In this document: one piece after another, positions 22,468-32,758 of the stretch
Layout: every line of letters starts with the position of its first letter
Numbering within the stretch: position 1 is the first letter of the stretch
Assembly (NCBI GenBank): GCA_000004985.1
Contig: GG738856.1
DNA length: 64,000 nt
From: Naegleria gruberi
Lineage: Eukaryota
Direction: 5' to 3' (one strand)
Translations under genes and position numbers: made by a program
The notes under the pieces: model-generated
The model's input: the letters and a program-made list of their open reading frames with translations, nothing else
Databases searched by the model: none
What the model was told of the DNA's origin: nothing

Positions 22468-24282
22468 ATGCCACTCCCAGAAAAAGTTCGTAGATATACC
22501 TTCTACATTCTCGGAGGAGCCATCTGCCTAGCAATGACCAGTTTGATTTTGTATAACAATTATATTCTGATAGAACCACATTTACATACATTGTTCTGGA
22601 GTTTGTGTACGAGTATTCTACTGACCAAAGTAAAACAACCAATCAAGGCTTTCCTGGAGGGTTTCACCTCGGGGGTGAATATCAAACTTCGATTTGTCTT
22701 TCATTTGTTTTTCTGGGGGAATTACTTGTACTTCCTGGTGTACTTTTTGATGAGATGGTACACGTATAATGTTTCGGAGAGATTTGTGTTTACCATTTCG
22801 TTTATTATTGTTGGTGTGATTCTAATGTCGCCTTTTATATTGTCGGCTGATACACTGTCGACTATTATTGCAATGATATTGGCTTCATTTGTGTTGATTT
22901 CGATTACATTGTTGGTTGCTAGGACTGGTTATATGGAAAGTATGAAGGCAAGGTTTGTTTTTTCATTATTTCACTATTTTAATTATTGAATTTAATTGAC
23001 TTGTGCCTTAAATGATTAATTGTTCACATGTTTGTGAAATTCTATTTAATTAATGGTTAAATTATTGAAATATTAGCTCTGTAATTAAGGAATTTATTGA
23101 AAAGAATAAGGAAGTATTTCTAGAAAGTATGAATAACTATAAGGAAAACATAATCCCTCAAAATGTCACTGATATTAGTATCAAATCAGATAATGTAACG
23201 GTGTGGAAAACAGCTGAACGGTATTGTGACTTTATGCTGGGAGTAGCCAATAGTCAGTACGACTTTGTGAAAAATGTCACAAATCTAATTCATACCAAAA
23301 ATACGACAAATGACTCTATTGAGACGATATTGGGACCAAAGTTCTGTAAGAGTCAGGTTATGTACTTTCAAGATAATTTATACTCATTCATTCAATATGT
23401 ATTGAACTGGATGACTTCTAATATTAGTGTATTTGGCTACACACTTCAATCATTCTTCCAAACTCTGGTTGACTTGATTTCAAACTTTAAGGATTTTGTC
23501 TTTTCCTCCTTTATATTTATTTTATTTGTTTTCTACTTTGTTCAGAATGATGAATTCTTTATTGATAGCATGAAACGAATTTCACCACTCACTGAAGAAG
23601 AATCCACCATTCTCATTGACAGTATTGATACAAATATCATCAAAACTCTTTATTATTTATGCACGTTTGCCATTTGCAATTTTATAGTCACTACCTTGTC
23701 ATTCTATATTGTTGGCTTTGAAATTATTTTCATTTTTGGTATGTGTGTAATTATTTCAATAATTAATTACTTAAATTTTTATAATATTATTTCAATATTT
23801 TAAATTGAATTTAATGGAATAATTTGAAAATAGGTTTCTTGTCTGCATTCTTGTCAGTCATTCCAATTATTAGCAATTGGATTATTTGGATTCCTGCCAC
23901 AATCTTTGTCCTCTCGAGAGATGGTATCATTAGCTCCAATTGGATCATTATCTTTGCATCTCACATTTCACTCTACGTGATTGATAATATCATTTACACA
24001 AACTTTTTCAAGAAGCAACACCCAACCATGTTGGGAGTTTCCATTTTGTTAGGTGTATATGTTTTCAATCATTCAGGAATTATCAAGGGTCCTTTGTTTA
24101 TTACATTGGGAATGACATTTTTTGACATTGCCACAAAATATATCAATAAGGATAAGAAGGAAGATGGAGAAGATTCAGAAGGTGGAGGTTCTGGTTTGAG
24201 ACATCATCGTTCAAAGAGTTTCTTTGATTTGATTGCAGAAGATTGGAGCAGTATCAAATATGAAGATGATTCCAAAAAGTAA
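22468..24282 (+). CDS. AI-2E/TMEM245-family (UPF0118-like) multi-pass membrane protein; exons 22468..22956, 23111..23738, 23834..24282 (approximate)
   Basis: Many TM helices. C-terminal region IGFLSAFLSVIPIISNWIIWIPATIFVLS...GIIKGPLFITLGMTFF matches the conserved core of AI-2E/PerM/TMEM245 proteins. Exon 1/2 junction uses a weak GTTTGT donor and is the less certain one; exon 2/3 junction uses GTATGT...AATAG (exons 1/2 and 2/3). Confidence 0.5.
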
Positions 24283-24603
24283 TAAATTCAATGAAATCAT
24301 AACAAGTTGATTTGTTACATCGCACCAATTTCTAGTTATATCTTTCCAAGATGATAACAACAAAACCATCCATAGATTTTAAAGAATTAAATTTATTTTC
24401 CAAATGTATTTACCTAAATTTCACCACTATTATATAATACAAATCCTCATCCATTATTATTTGAAATCCCAATATGATGAATGATTCATACAAACGCGTT
24501 GAATAGATATAATAATAATGATGAAAATTTTATCTTCATCATTACAATTATCCAAACAACAATATCGTAAAATTAGTGATGATGAAAAAAGAGGGAGAAA
24601 GAA

Positions 24604-25140
24604 TTATTGGGAGGTAGTAGTAGCGTCGGTGGATGGAGTAGATTTCTTTTGATTAACAAGTTCTTCAAAATGTTGCTTTGGAACCTTTTCTGGGGCGTAG
24701 GCCAAAGTAGAAACATCCTTGTGTTCTGGGTTGAAGAAATGTCCTGGAGGATAGTGTCTCTTTTCTGGTTCACCAGTATAGTTTGGAGTGTGTGTTGGTC
24801 TGACACCAAATCCTTTTCTATTAGTTTCAGCTTCCGTTGGTGGTTCTTCTCTCAATCTATGAATCCACATATGCCATTCAGCTGGAATATCAGAGGCATC
24901 ATAAATTCTATCCTTACGAGCAAGCTCCACCCAACGTCCTCTGTTAAGTTCTGTTGGTAGTGTTGTTTGCCAATAAGTGTTTCCAAATTTATCTTTACCA
25001 ACAAGTTGTTTATCACCCTTTTCCCACCAAACTTCTCTGAGAACGTAGGCCTTTCTCAAGGTTTCCCTCCAGCCAAGAGTCTTGATGTCGTTCCAAAGCG
25101 AAACTTTAGCTAACCAGAATCCTCTAAAATAATTGGACAT
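24604..25140 (-). CDS. NADH:ubiquinone oxidoreductase subunit NDUFA12 (B17.2)-like
   Basis: LVGKDKFGNTYW...RGRWVEL and the hallmark PAEWHMWIHRLREEPPT (compare PPEWHRWLH..DDPPT). Confidence 0.6.
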   Translation of the reverse strand: MSNYFRGFWLAKVSLWNDIKTLGWRETLRKAYVLREVWWEKGDKQLVGKDKFGNTYWQTTLPTELNRGRWVELARKDRIYDASDIPAEWHMWIHRLREEPPTEAETNRKGFGVRPTHTPNYTGEPEKRHYPPGHFFNPEHKDVSTLAYAPEKVPKQHFEELVNQKKSTPSTDATTTSQ

Positions 25141-25551
25141 TTTTTTATCTGATTTGTATTTTATTATTTTTTTAAAAATATTAAAAATATTATCTTCACA
25201 TGTGTGAGATTGTAGTAAGCAAGAAGCTTATTCATTGTGTGTTTATTTGTTGGAAAGGAATGTTCTTCTATTGGGAATGCGATGGATGAAGATTTAGTTG
25301 AAGTAGATTCACGGAAGAAATTTAAAGAAATTTACTTGGGCAAAGCTTTAAAAAGTAATAGTTATTGATGATGATTTGGTAACTTTAATAAGAATTTCAA
25401 TAATTCATACTATTACTATCTTCTTGAGGATACTTTCAATTATTTGATGATAATTTTCTAAAAAGTTATCAGTTGAGCATGATGATGATAGCATTATGAT
25501 TCGGAATAAATACTTTGAATTAGCTATTCGATTCAAATTTGAATATCATCA

Positions 25552-25896
25552 TTACCACAACCATCCAAAGAGGGAGAAAGAAGAGGATGACGAGGATTTT
25601 GAACTTTCTCCATTCAACTTGTCCAACTTCTTATTATTTTGTTTGAGTTTGAAAGAGGCCTTTTCTACACCTTCTTCAATTTCTTCGAGGGTTGTTGTTT
25701 GATCATCCAATTCATTACCTATTGCTGTGGCAATATTCTTGACTCTTACCACGGAATTGTACAATCGATCGAGTTGTTCATCTTGACGATCTCTATGGGC
25801 TTTTTGAATTTTCAAATATTCTTCATAGTTAGAAGGAATGGTTTTTGAGGTAGTTGACAGATTGTTTTGGTTGGTAGAGGAAGATACTTTTGACAT
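25552..25896 (-). CDS. Q-SNARE (Bet1/GS15-like) coiled-coil protein
   Basis: Heptad SNARE motif LDRLYNSVVRVKNIATAIGNELDDQTTTLEEIEEGVEKASFKLKQ with a central Gln (Q layer). 114 aa. No transmembrane segment found downstream. Confidence 0.4.
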   Translation of the reverse strand: MSKVSSSTNQNNLSTTSKTIPSNYEEYLKIQKAHRDRQDEQLDRLYNSVVRVKNIATAIGNELDDQTTTLEEIEEGVEKASFKLKQNNKKLDKLNGESSKSSSSSSFSLFGWLW

Positions 25897-26116
25897 TTTA
25901 TTTGGAATGTTTATTGGAATGAGTGAACCTCATTAAATTCAATTTTCTAATTTATTTTTAGCTTACAACGGTCAATGGAACTCATTAACAACGATTAACC
26001 ACAACAAATAAAGGATAAGGAATAGAGAAAATACTTCTTGAGAAAAATAATAATTAAAATCTTCACACATGATGTTAGATTAGAGAATTTTATTATTTTA
26101 ATAGTAAAAATGTGAA

Positions 26117-26480
26117 GGGGTCTTGGCGCAGTCGGTATTATTAATAGATTTTAGGGTAGGTAACGCTCTCAATCTACCTCAACGTAACTTTAAATATAAA
26201 CTTTAAATATATTTTTAGAAAGGGTGGTTTGCGCTCTCAACTACTGTTACTCTTTCAGGTACTGTTGCTATTTCAACTACTGTTGCTCTTTAATGTACTG
26301 TTGCTATACTTTACATTGAATTGAATTTATTGATCAATTATTTCAACTTTTGAAGATTTCTTACTATTAATAATGTTATTTTTAGAGGGTGGGTTGCGCT
26401 TTAAGTAGGTCAACGCTTTAAGGCGGTAGCGCGTAGGTCTCATAATCCTAAGGTCGTGAGTTCGATCCTCACAGACCCCA
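26117..26480 (+). tRNA. Elongator tRNA-Met (anticodon CAT at 26441..26443) gene split in the D-loop: 5' part 26117..26136, 3' part 26428..26480
   Basis: Joining the two parts gives a perfect 73-nt cloverleaf: GGGGTCT-TG-GCGC-AGTCGGTA-GCGC-G-TAGGT-CTCATAA-TCCTA-AGGTC-GTGAG-TTCGATC-CTCAC-AGACCCC-A. The 7-bp acceptor stem is fully complementary. A box and B box are present. The parts are separated by 291 nt. Confidence 0.75.
26137..26427. mobile_element. 291-bp insertion/intervening sequence inside the tRNA-Met D-loop, flanked by a CGGT direct duplication (26133..26136 and 26424..26427)
   Basis: Contains three degenerate copies of a ~35-40-nt unit beginning GGGT(A/G)GGT..CGCT.T.AA (26155.., 26222.., 26388..). 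These resemble the tRNA 5' acceptor/D-arm. Also a 4x ~19-nt minisatellite (TACTGTTGCT..) at 26240..26320. Confidence 0.55.
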
Positions 26481-26482
26481 AC

Positions 26483-26489
26483 TTTTTTT
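26483..26489 (+). terminator. Pol III T-run terminator immediately 3' of the tRNA
   Basis: TTTTTTT begins 3 nt after the discriminator base. Confidence 0.6.
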
Positions 26490-26572
26490 ACATTTTTTTT
26501 TATTATAATTGCCAACATTATTTCAACAAGCTAAAAATACTATTGTATTTCCATCTTTCCAAACTTAAAAAA

Positions 26573-29500
26573 ATGTCTAAACAACCTCAAGCCAAACAAG
26601 TCCTTGCCATTGTAGAAAAGATCGGAACAAAGATCGCCATTGCTAATGGAGGCAAGAGTTTGGAAAATCTTTTGGATAATCATCTCGTTCAATTGTTGAC
26701 CCTGTTGGGTTTTCCAGAGGCTTCTGTGAGGAATAAAGTTATTGAAGTTTTGAGTAATACTGTAAATAAGAGAGTCAAACTTGAATCAACAACAATTAAA
26801 TTGCCATTTGGTAAGATTTTGGAATTGTTTCAAAAGGAAATATCAAATTCTTTTATTAAGAATTTTGCTGTAATATATCTGGATATGGGATTCCCTCAAT
26901 TGTCACCAAGTGAAATGACTGAATATTTACCAACATTCTTCCAAGTACTTCCATTATTGAATTCCAATCCAAGCGACAATACATCAGTCTCTAACAAACA
27001 GCATCAAGCAATGTTTCTAAGATTTATTGTGGAAGCTGTTTGCAATCTAACCTATCCAGAAAAGGAGGAGGATGCATTGGAAAAGTTTCAGGAAATTAGA
27101 AATTGTGGAACATCTACATTGGACATTTTTATTGACTTTGCCATAGATTTCATGCTATATAAACCATCCCAGAAATCCGTCGGAAGTATGCAAACAATCT
27201 ATCCTAATGGCTTGAATGTTATCAAAATTAAGAGAATTTTGGGAAGTAGGGAAACTATCGAAGCTCAAGAACTTCAAAAACGAAAGATGAACCTTTTGGA
27301 ATTCTTTACAAAGAGTGCATGCTTTTCAGAGAATCAACAATTTCTCGTTCTAGTGATTGGTATGTCTCAACAAGAGTCAACTGATCAATTGGGATCAAGA
27401 TGTGAAGTTCTCATCAAGAAGCTTTCCCCAGACTATGAGGAACCAACCTTCATTCAAAAGCTCTTCTCCATATATTTGGGAGATTCTTCGAATGGTATTT
27501 CTCAAGCATCTCTTCCTCTCAAGTATAAGATTTTATCTTATTTATGCAAGTCTACACTGGCAGCCAATCACTTCCCTCAAACTCACCTCGTACTAATGGA
27601 TTCTCTTTTCAGTGAATATGCTGGAATGAAACTGAGAGGATTTGGTATGCAATTTTTCATGTGGGTCATTCAAGAAGGAACAGCCATTGAACAAGAATAC
27701 GGCTCAGAAGTATTCAGATCCATTTTATCAAACATTTCACGATTGTCTTCATCAACCAATTCTTCGACATTCTCCATGAATGAAATTGCCATGTTGAAAG
27801 AGAATATGTATACAGCTCTAGGTAGTTTTGCAAGAAAATTCCCTCACTTTGTTATGGACAGATTTGATTTAGTGGAGAGATATTTTGATGCTATTGCATT
27901 CGAAGATACAAGAATTCGTGTTGCCATCTTGCAAGGTCTCTCCAATTTAATTTATGCTTTCAAAGTTAATTTTATGAATAATTCTGAAGAGGAAACTAGA
28001 GCTGTTCGTGTTAGATTTGAAAACTTATTCTATAGTTGGGTTGTTGAGAGAAATACAGGCTTAAGTGATCTTTTGACTGGAAAATCTACTCATCAAAATA
28101 TGCAACTCTCTGCTAAATCAGCTGTAAACTCAGCTGTTTTGAGATGTGCCAACAGTTTATTCCCATTTGATAATGTAGTTTCTAGGTTTTTATGTTTATT
28201 CTGCACAGCTGGAGGATTTGGATCTGGTGATAATGTCTCCTTGAGCCACCAAATCAGAGAGGAATGTTTAAAAGGAACAGATTTGGATAAATTCACAAAG
28301 GCAAGACAATTGGATCACTGGGTTATTAACAAGAAGGGTTCAGATAGCAGTGAAAGCTCAGAAGAAAATGTGAACAAGCTTCCAATGTTTCTTACTGTCA
28401 AGTTTAGTTTCCCAACTTTTAAATCAGTTGTTGGATATATTTTTGATTTCATGACCAAGTTTGATCCAGCCATAACCAAGTCCAACACTATGCCTGCCCT
28501 GAACAAGATTGTTGCTCCTTCTGCACACTCAGCAATGATCAAGTTTTGCTTTGACTGTCTAGCAGAAGAATGTAAATTACAAAATGTTTCCATGTTGGAA
28601 AGAATTGAGAAAATGTCACAAGAAATGCTTGATGACAATGTCAAGGATGACTTTGAAAAATTCTTATACGTTATTGAAAAATCATTCGATGATAAGGTAT
28701 TGCTCTACTCTGGAACAACCTCCAATGCTACAGAATTATTGTTAGAAGCTTCTGAAACTTTGCTTAGACTCCTTCTTTCATTGAAAGACAAACCAGATTA
28801 TGTCAAGTATATTTCTAGAAGATTTAGCTTCTTGCTCGATGAAAAGGGTCCATTCCTTTTTGATTTAATGCTGGGAAGTTATAATGATATTGCCAGAGAG
28901 AAATTCTCTAAATTTATTGCCCTTCTCTTTATCTTTATTCGTCAAGATCCAGAAAAGTCATCCCAATGTGAAAAACTTATAGGAATTTGGAAAGATTACA
29001 TTGAAAAGCAATTCGGCAACGCTAACACGATGTCTGATCATAAGGGTGAAGTATGCGCTCTTGGAAGCATCTTGACTTTGGGTAGTATTATCAGTCTTAA
29101 TTATGCTTCTCAATCCTCATCATCAACAGAGCCATACTTGTTGGATGCATTCAAACTTATTTTAAGTATTTTGAGTAAGATTCCATTGACAAACTTGAGA
29201 GAACCTCTTCACCAAGCTTGTTATTTGGCTGTTGGTGAAATGGGATATAGTGGAGTTTTGCAAGACTACTTCGCAAATTATTTCACCCCAACCATTGATG
29301 AATTACAATTTGAGGTTAGTGCAACTCTTCCATCGAAGGAAATTAACTCTATGGATGATTTGGTGACCTTATTTGTAAAACTTGTTGAAAGATATGCATC
29401 ATCCACTCGTCAAAAGAACTCATCAACAACTAATGAAAAGATTTTAGAAAGATTGATTATAACTGTAGGAAAAGTTTGTGTTGGATCTAATAAGAATAAT

Positions 29501-32500
29501 GATCCAAAGGTTGCTGATCACGTTGCAGCTATTATCACTGTTCTCTTCCAATTGAACAATGTCAAAACTACAAGTATTCCAACAACAGGCACTGGTGGCT
29601 CATCAAATAGCAGTGAAATGACTGCTACTGCACCACAAGCTGCCTTCGATGAGAATATTTCATTTACTGTTGGTGAATCGCTTGCCTTGATTGGAGGTGG
29701 TTTGAAGCATTGTGAACTTGCTAAGGATGATCCATACTTTGTAATCTACAATCAAAAGAATGCATTTTCTTCAGATGAAGAAGAAACTGAACATTATGAT
29801 GGCAACTTGAGAACAGTTCTCAGTAGATTGGTTCGTGAGTGTGTATTAAATCCAAAGAAGATTGTTCGTCAAGCTTCTAGCATTTGGTTATTGGCAGTGA
29901 CAAAATACAGTGGTCAATCCAATGCTTTATTCAAGAAGTACATCAAGGAAGTCCAAAGAGCTTTCTCTCTCCTTGTTACTGAAAATAATGAAGTTACCTC
30001 TGAAGTTGCAGGTAAGGGCCTGGGTTATGTCTATGAAATGGCAGAGAATACAGACAGAAAACAACTTGTCGACTCCTTAATGAACTATTTGATCGGAAAC
30101 AAAAAGCCACAAAACCTTGCTATTATTGAAGAGCCGGAGGAGCTCATGCTTTTCCCAGCTGGTGAGGAGCATCAAAAGGGTGGTAAGAATGCACCAACAT
30201 TGTCAACCTATAAGGAACTTGTTGATGCAGCAACAGATATTGGTAGACCTGAGATGATTTACCAACTTTTGGCTGTATCCAATCACAATGCTATTTGGAA
30301 TGCAAAGAAAGCTTATGCATTCTCTATGACCTCAATTCTTGGAAATCTGTCTGGTACCTCCCTCTTGGAAGATAAGGAGTTTGAAAAGAGTTTACCTCAA
30401 CTTGTTCCAAAACTTTTCAGATTCCTCTTTGATCCAAATCCAACAATCAGTGGTTCTATGAAGGAAATGTGGAAATCCCTTTTCGGAAGTGAAAATGACA
30501 AGACCAAACAAAATATGATCATTTCTAAATATTTGCCAAGAATTATGAAGGAATTATTGAATGGATTGAATCAAGAACTTTGGAGAATCAGAGAAGCTTG
30601 TTGTTATGCTATTTGTGAATTGATTGGTGGTAGCAGTTCAAAGACCTTTGAAGAAATGGCGCCATTTATCAAAGACTCATTCCAAAAAGTTTGGAGAGTA
30701 ACAGATGATGTCAAAGACACTTGCAGAAAGGCAGCTCAAAGTGCCCTCACAAAACTCAGCAACTTTGTTATCAAGGCATGTAATCCAACCTATACAAGCA
30801 AGAGAGAAAATGTTTCTCGTGCTCTTGCTATTGCGATTCCATTGTTGTTGCACGAAGGTTTGATTTTCCCATTCAAGGATGTTGTTCATTCTAGTTTGGC
30901 TACTTTGAAGGAAGTAGTTCATGTATCAACTCACTATATCAGACCACATATTCACGAAATTGTTTCAACATTATTGCAACAAATGTCTGTTCTTGAACCA
31001 GCTCAATTCAACTATATTCAAATGAATGCAGCAGAGTACGGTATTTCTGTGGAGCAATTGGAAAGTTTGAGATTGTCTGCCATGTCCAGAGGAGGTCCAC
31101 TGTCTGAAATCATTATGGATTGTGAAAGACATGTTGATGAAAGTGTTCTTCAAACACTTGTTCCAAGTCTTTTGGAAGTACTCCAGGTTGGTGTTGGTCT
31201 TCAAACAAGAGCCCACTGTGCCAAGTTTATTGCCTCTTTGGGTAAATTCCATGGAAGGTATCTGAAAGACTTTGTCAATCCTCTTGATGTTGCCATCATG
31301 AGTGCAATCAGACAAACAGAATCAATGGCTGAGAAGAAAGAGTTGGCTACAGCTCTTTCCCAAGTTGTTAAGAATGGTAAAGTCTCAGAGGCAAAACGTG
31401 TCTTGGTTGAAATCCTTAACATGTACACACAAGAGGGTGAGGAAAATGAGAATGAAAATTCTGCAGATGAGTTGAGAATGATGAGTGCCTTAATTTTGGA
31501 ACAAATCAGTAAGAATTGTACCATTCTCTTGAAGAGATTCTACGACATTGCACTCCCAATCATGTTCATTGCCAGACACGACAAGAGTGAGAGAGTTAGG
31601 AAAATGTGGGACTCTGTCTGGGAAGAATCTACCAATACCTCTGTTAAGAGTACTTTGGAAATCCATATCAAGGTGATTGTTGACAGATGTATTCAATTGT
31701 TGGGCCACCCAACTTGGGAATTGAAGAGACAAGGAGGTAGTGCTCTGCAAGAAGTTGCAAGTGCTTTGGGTATTCTGCTTAATGAAAAACCACAAGAAAG
31801 AGAACAAATGATTACAGCTCTCCTCAATTCTATCACTGGTCGTTTGTGGGAAGGAAAGATTGTACTTCTCAAGGCTCTTGGAAGTGTTTGTGAAACATTT
31901 GTTTCAAAGGAAAATCAACAAGTTTCTCAAGAGATGAAAATTTTGGATATTCTTCAAAAGGAATGTAAGAAGAAGGATGTAGATTATAGATTGGAAGCTC
32001 TCAAAGCCTATCATTCAGCCGTGAAGAATGCTCACTTTGCCAAATTTATCACACAAGAAATTTATGAAACTTCTAAGAGTTTCTTCTTGGAAGAGATGAG
32101 TAATATGGAAAAGGAAGAACAAGAGGAAATTAAGGTTGAGAATGAAAATAAGATTGCCATGGTAAATGATGACAAGACTCACTATCAAGAAAAGATGAAG
32201 AGAGATATCAAGTCAAGCAAGAGAGAAACTTCCTGTGTTCAAATTATTCACATACTTTCTTATCTTATTCCTGCCACTTCTCAAGTTGAACAAAGAAGAA
32301 AAGCAGTTGATTGGATTTTAGACGAATTATTGGCACCAAGACTTGTGCAATATCTCACACCAAATATTAACAATGCACTCTTGACAGCATTACTCCAATT
32401 TGTAAAGTTGAGAATTGCCCTTAAGGCAGAAGATCCATCAGTTCTTGATTTGACAGAACAAAAGAGAGTCTTTGAATTGGCAATCTTCAACTTGGATCCA

Positions 32501-32698
32501 AACAATAGACAAATTCATGTGAGACCAAATGCCTTCAATACTCTCAAGGATTTAATGACTCAGCTAGCAGATAATAATCTTTTATTAGATGAAACCAAAC
32601 AATTCATTAGACAACAATTGAACGAAGATTTCTTGAAGAGAGTATTGGAACCACTTTTGCATGACCAAATTCAAAACTTTGCTAATACCAAACTTTAA
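26573..32698 (+). CDS. ECM29-like proteasome adaptor (giant HEAT-repeat protein)
   Basis: 2041 aa from ATG 26573. The N-terminal LLTLLGFPEASVRNKVIEVLSNTVNKRV matches the conserved ECM29 N-terminal ...SPxASVRxxVxxxLxNxxxRI block. HEAT-like repeats throughout. The ORF-track start 26456 lies inside the tRNA and is an alternative-start artefact. Confidence 0.6.
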   Translation: MSKQPQAKQVLAIVEKIGTKIAIANGGKSLENLLDNHLVQLLTLLGFPEASVRNKVIEVLSNTVNKRVKLESTTIKLPFGKILELFQKEISNSFIKNFAVIYLDMGFPQLSPSEMTEYLPTFFQVLPLLNSNPSDNTSVSNKQHQAMFLRFIVEAVCNLTYPEKEEDALEKFQEIRNCGTSTLDIFIDFAIDFMLYKPSQKSVGSMQTIYPNGLNVIKIKRILGSRETIEAQELQKRKMNLLEFFTKSACFSENQQFLVLVIGMSQQESTDQLGSRCEVLIKKLSPDYEEPTFIQKLFSIYLGDSSNGISQASLPLKYKILSYLCKSTLAANHFPQTHLVLMDSLFSEYAGMKLRGFGMQFFMWVIQEGTAIEQEYGSEVFRSILSNISRLSSSTNSSTFSMNEIAMLKENMYTALGSFARKFPHFVMDRFDLVERYFDAIAFEDTRIRVAILQGLSNLIYAFKVNFMNNSEEETRAVRVRFENLFYSWVVERNTGLSDLLTGKSTHQNMQLSAKSAVNSAVLRCANSLFPFDNVVSRFLCLFCTAGGFGSGDNVSLSHQIREECLKGTDLDKFTKARQLDHWVINKKGSDSSESSEENVNKLPMFLTVKFSFPTFKSVVGYIFDFMTKFDPAITKSNTMPALNKIVAPSAHSAMIKFCFDCLAEECKLQNVSMLERIEKMSQEMLDDNVKDDFEKFLYVIEKSFDDKVLLYSGTTSNATELLLEASETLLRLLLSLKDKPDYVKYISRRFSFLLDEKGPFLFDLMLGSYNDIAREKFSKFIALLFIFIRQDPEKSSQCEKLIGIWKDYIEKQFGNANTMSDHKGEVCALGSILTLGSIISLNYASQSSSSTEPYLLDAFKLILSILSKIPLTNLREPLHQACYLAVGEMGYSGVLQDYFANYFTPTIDELQFEVSATLPSKEINSMDDLVTLFVKLVERYASSTRQKNSSTTNEKILERLIITVGKVCVGSNKNNDPKVADHVAAIITVLFQLNNVKTTSIPTTGTGGSSNSSEMTATAPQAAFDENISFTVGESLALIGGGLKHCELAKDDPYFVIYNQKNAFSSDEEETEHYDGNLRTVLSRLVRECVLNPKKIVRQASSIWLLAVTKYSGQSNALFKKYIKEVQRAFSLLVTENNEVTSEVAGKGLGYVYEMAENTDRKQLVDSLMNYLIGNKKPQNLAIIEEPEELMLFPAGEEHQKGGKNAPTLSTYKELVDAATDIGRPEMIYQLLAVSNHNAIWNAKKAYAFSMTSILGNLSGTSLLEDKEFEKSLPQLVPKLFRFLFDPNPTISGSMKEMWKSLFGSENDKTKQNMIISKYLPRIMKELLNGLNQELWRIREACCYAICELIGGSSSKTFEEMAPFIKDSFQKVWRVTDDVKDTCRKAAQSALTKLSNFVIKACNPTYTSKRENVSRALAIAIPLLLHEGLIFPFKDVVHSSLATLKEVVHVSTHYIRPHIHEIVSTLLQQMSVLEPAQFNYIQMNAAEYGISVEQLESLRLSAMSRGGPLSEIIMDCERHVDESVLQTLVPSLLEVLQVGVGLQTRAHCAKFIASLGKFHGRYLKDFVNPLDVAIMSAIRQTESMAEKKELATALSQVVKNGKVSEAKRVLVEILNMYTQEGEENENENSADELRMMSALILEQISKNCTILLKRFYDIALPIMFIARHDKSERVRKMWDSVWEESTNTSVKSTLEIHIKVIVDRCIQLLGHPTWELKRQGGSALQEVASALGILLNEKPQEREQMITALLNSITGRLWEGKIVLLKALGSVCETFVSKENQQVSQEMKILDILQKECKKKDVDYRLEALKAYHSAVKNAHFAKFITQEIYETSKSFFLEEMSNMEKEEQEEIKVENENKIAMVNDDKTHYQEKMKRDIKSSKRETSCVQIIHILSYLIPATSQVEQRRKAVDWILDELLAPRLVQYLTPNINNALLTALLQFVKLRIALKAEDPSVLDLTEQKRVFELAIFNLDPNNRQIHVRPNAFNTLKDLMTQLADNNLLLDETKQFIRQQLNEDFLKRVLEPLLHDQIQNFANTKL

Positions 32699-32758
32699 AC
32701 CTTACATAAAGATGGAACTATTAAAACGTTCAAAATATAAGTAAAATAGTTAATAAAT

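Noticed and set aside
25990-26116. Looked for a tRNA-gene-targeting retrotransposon (TRE5/TRE3-like) flanking the tRNA-Met
   Set aside because: No RT/endonuclease ORFs or LTR-like repeats in the flanks. The only insertion is the 291-bp element inside the gene, reported as a finding.
26456-26572. ORF-track start of the 2080-aa ORF overlapping the tRNA-Met 3' half
   Set aside because: The track uses non-ATG starts. The first ATG with a sensible N-terminus (MSKQPQAKQ...) is at 26573. The upstream stretch is tRNA/intergenic sequence read through in frame.
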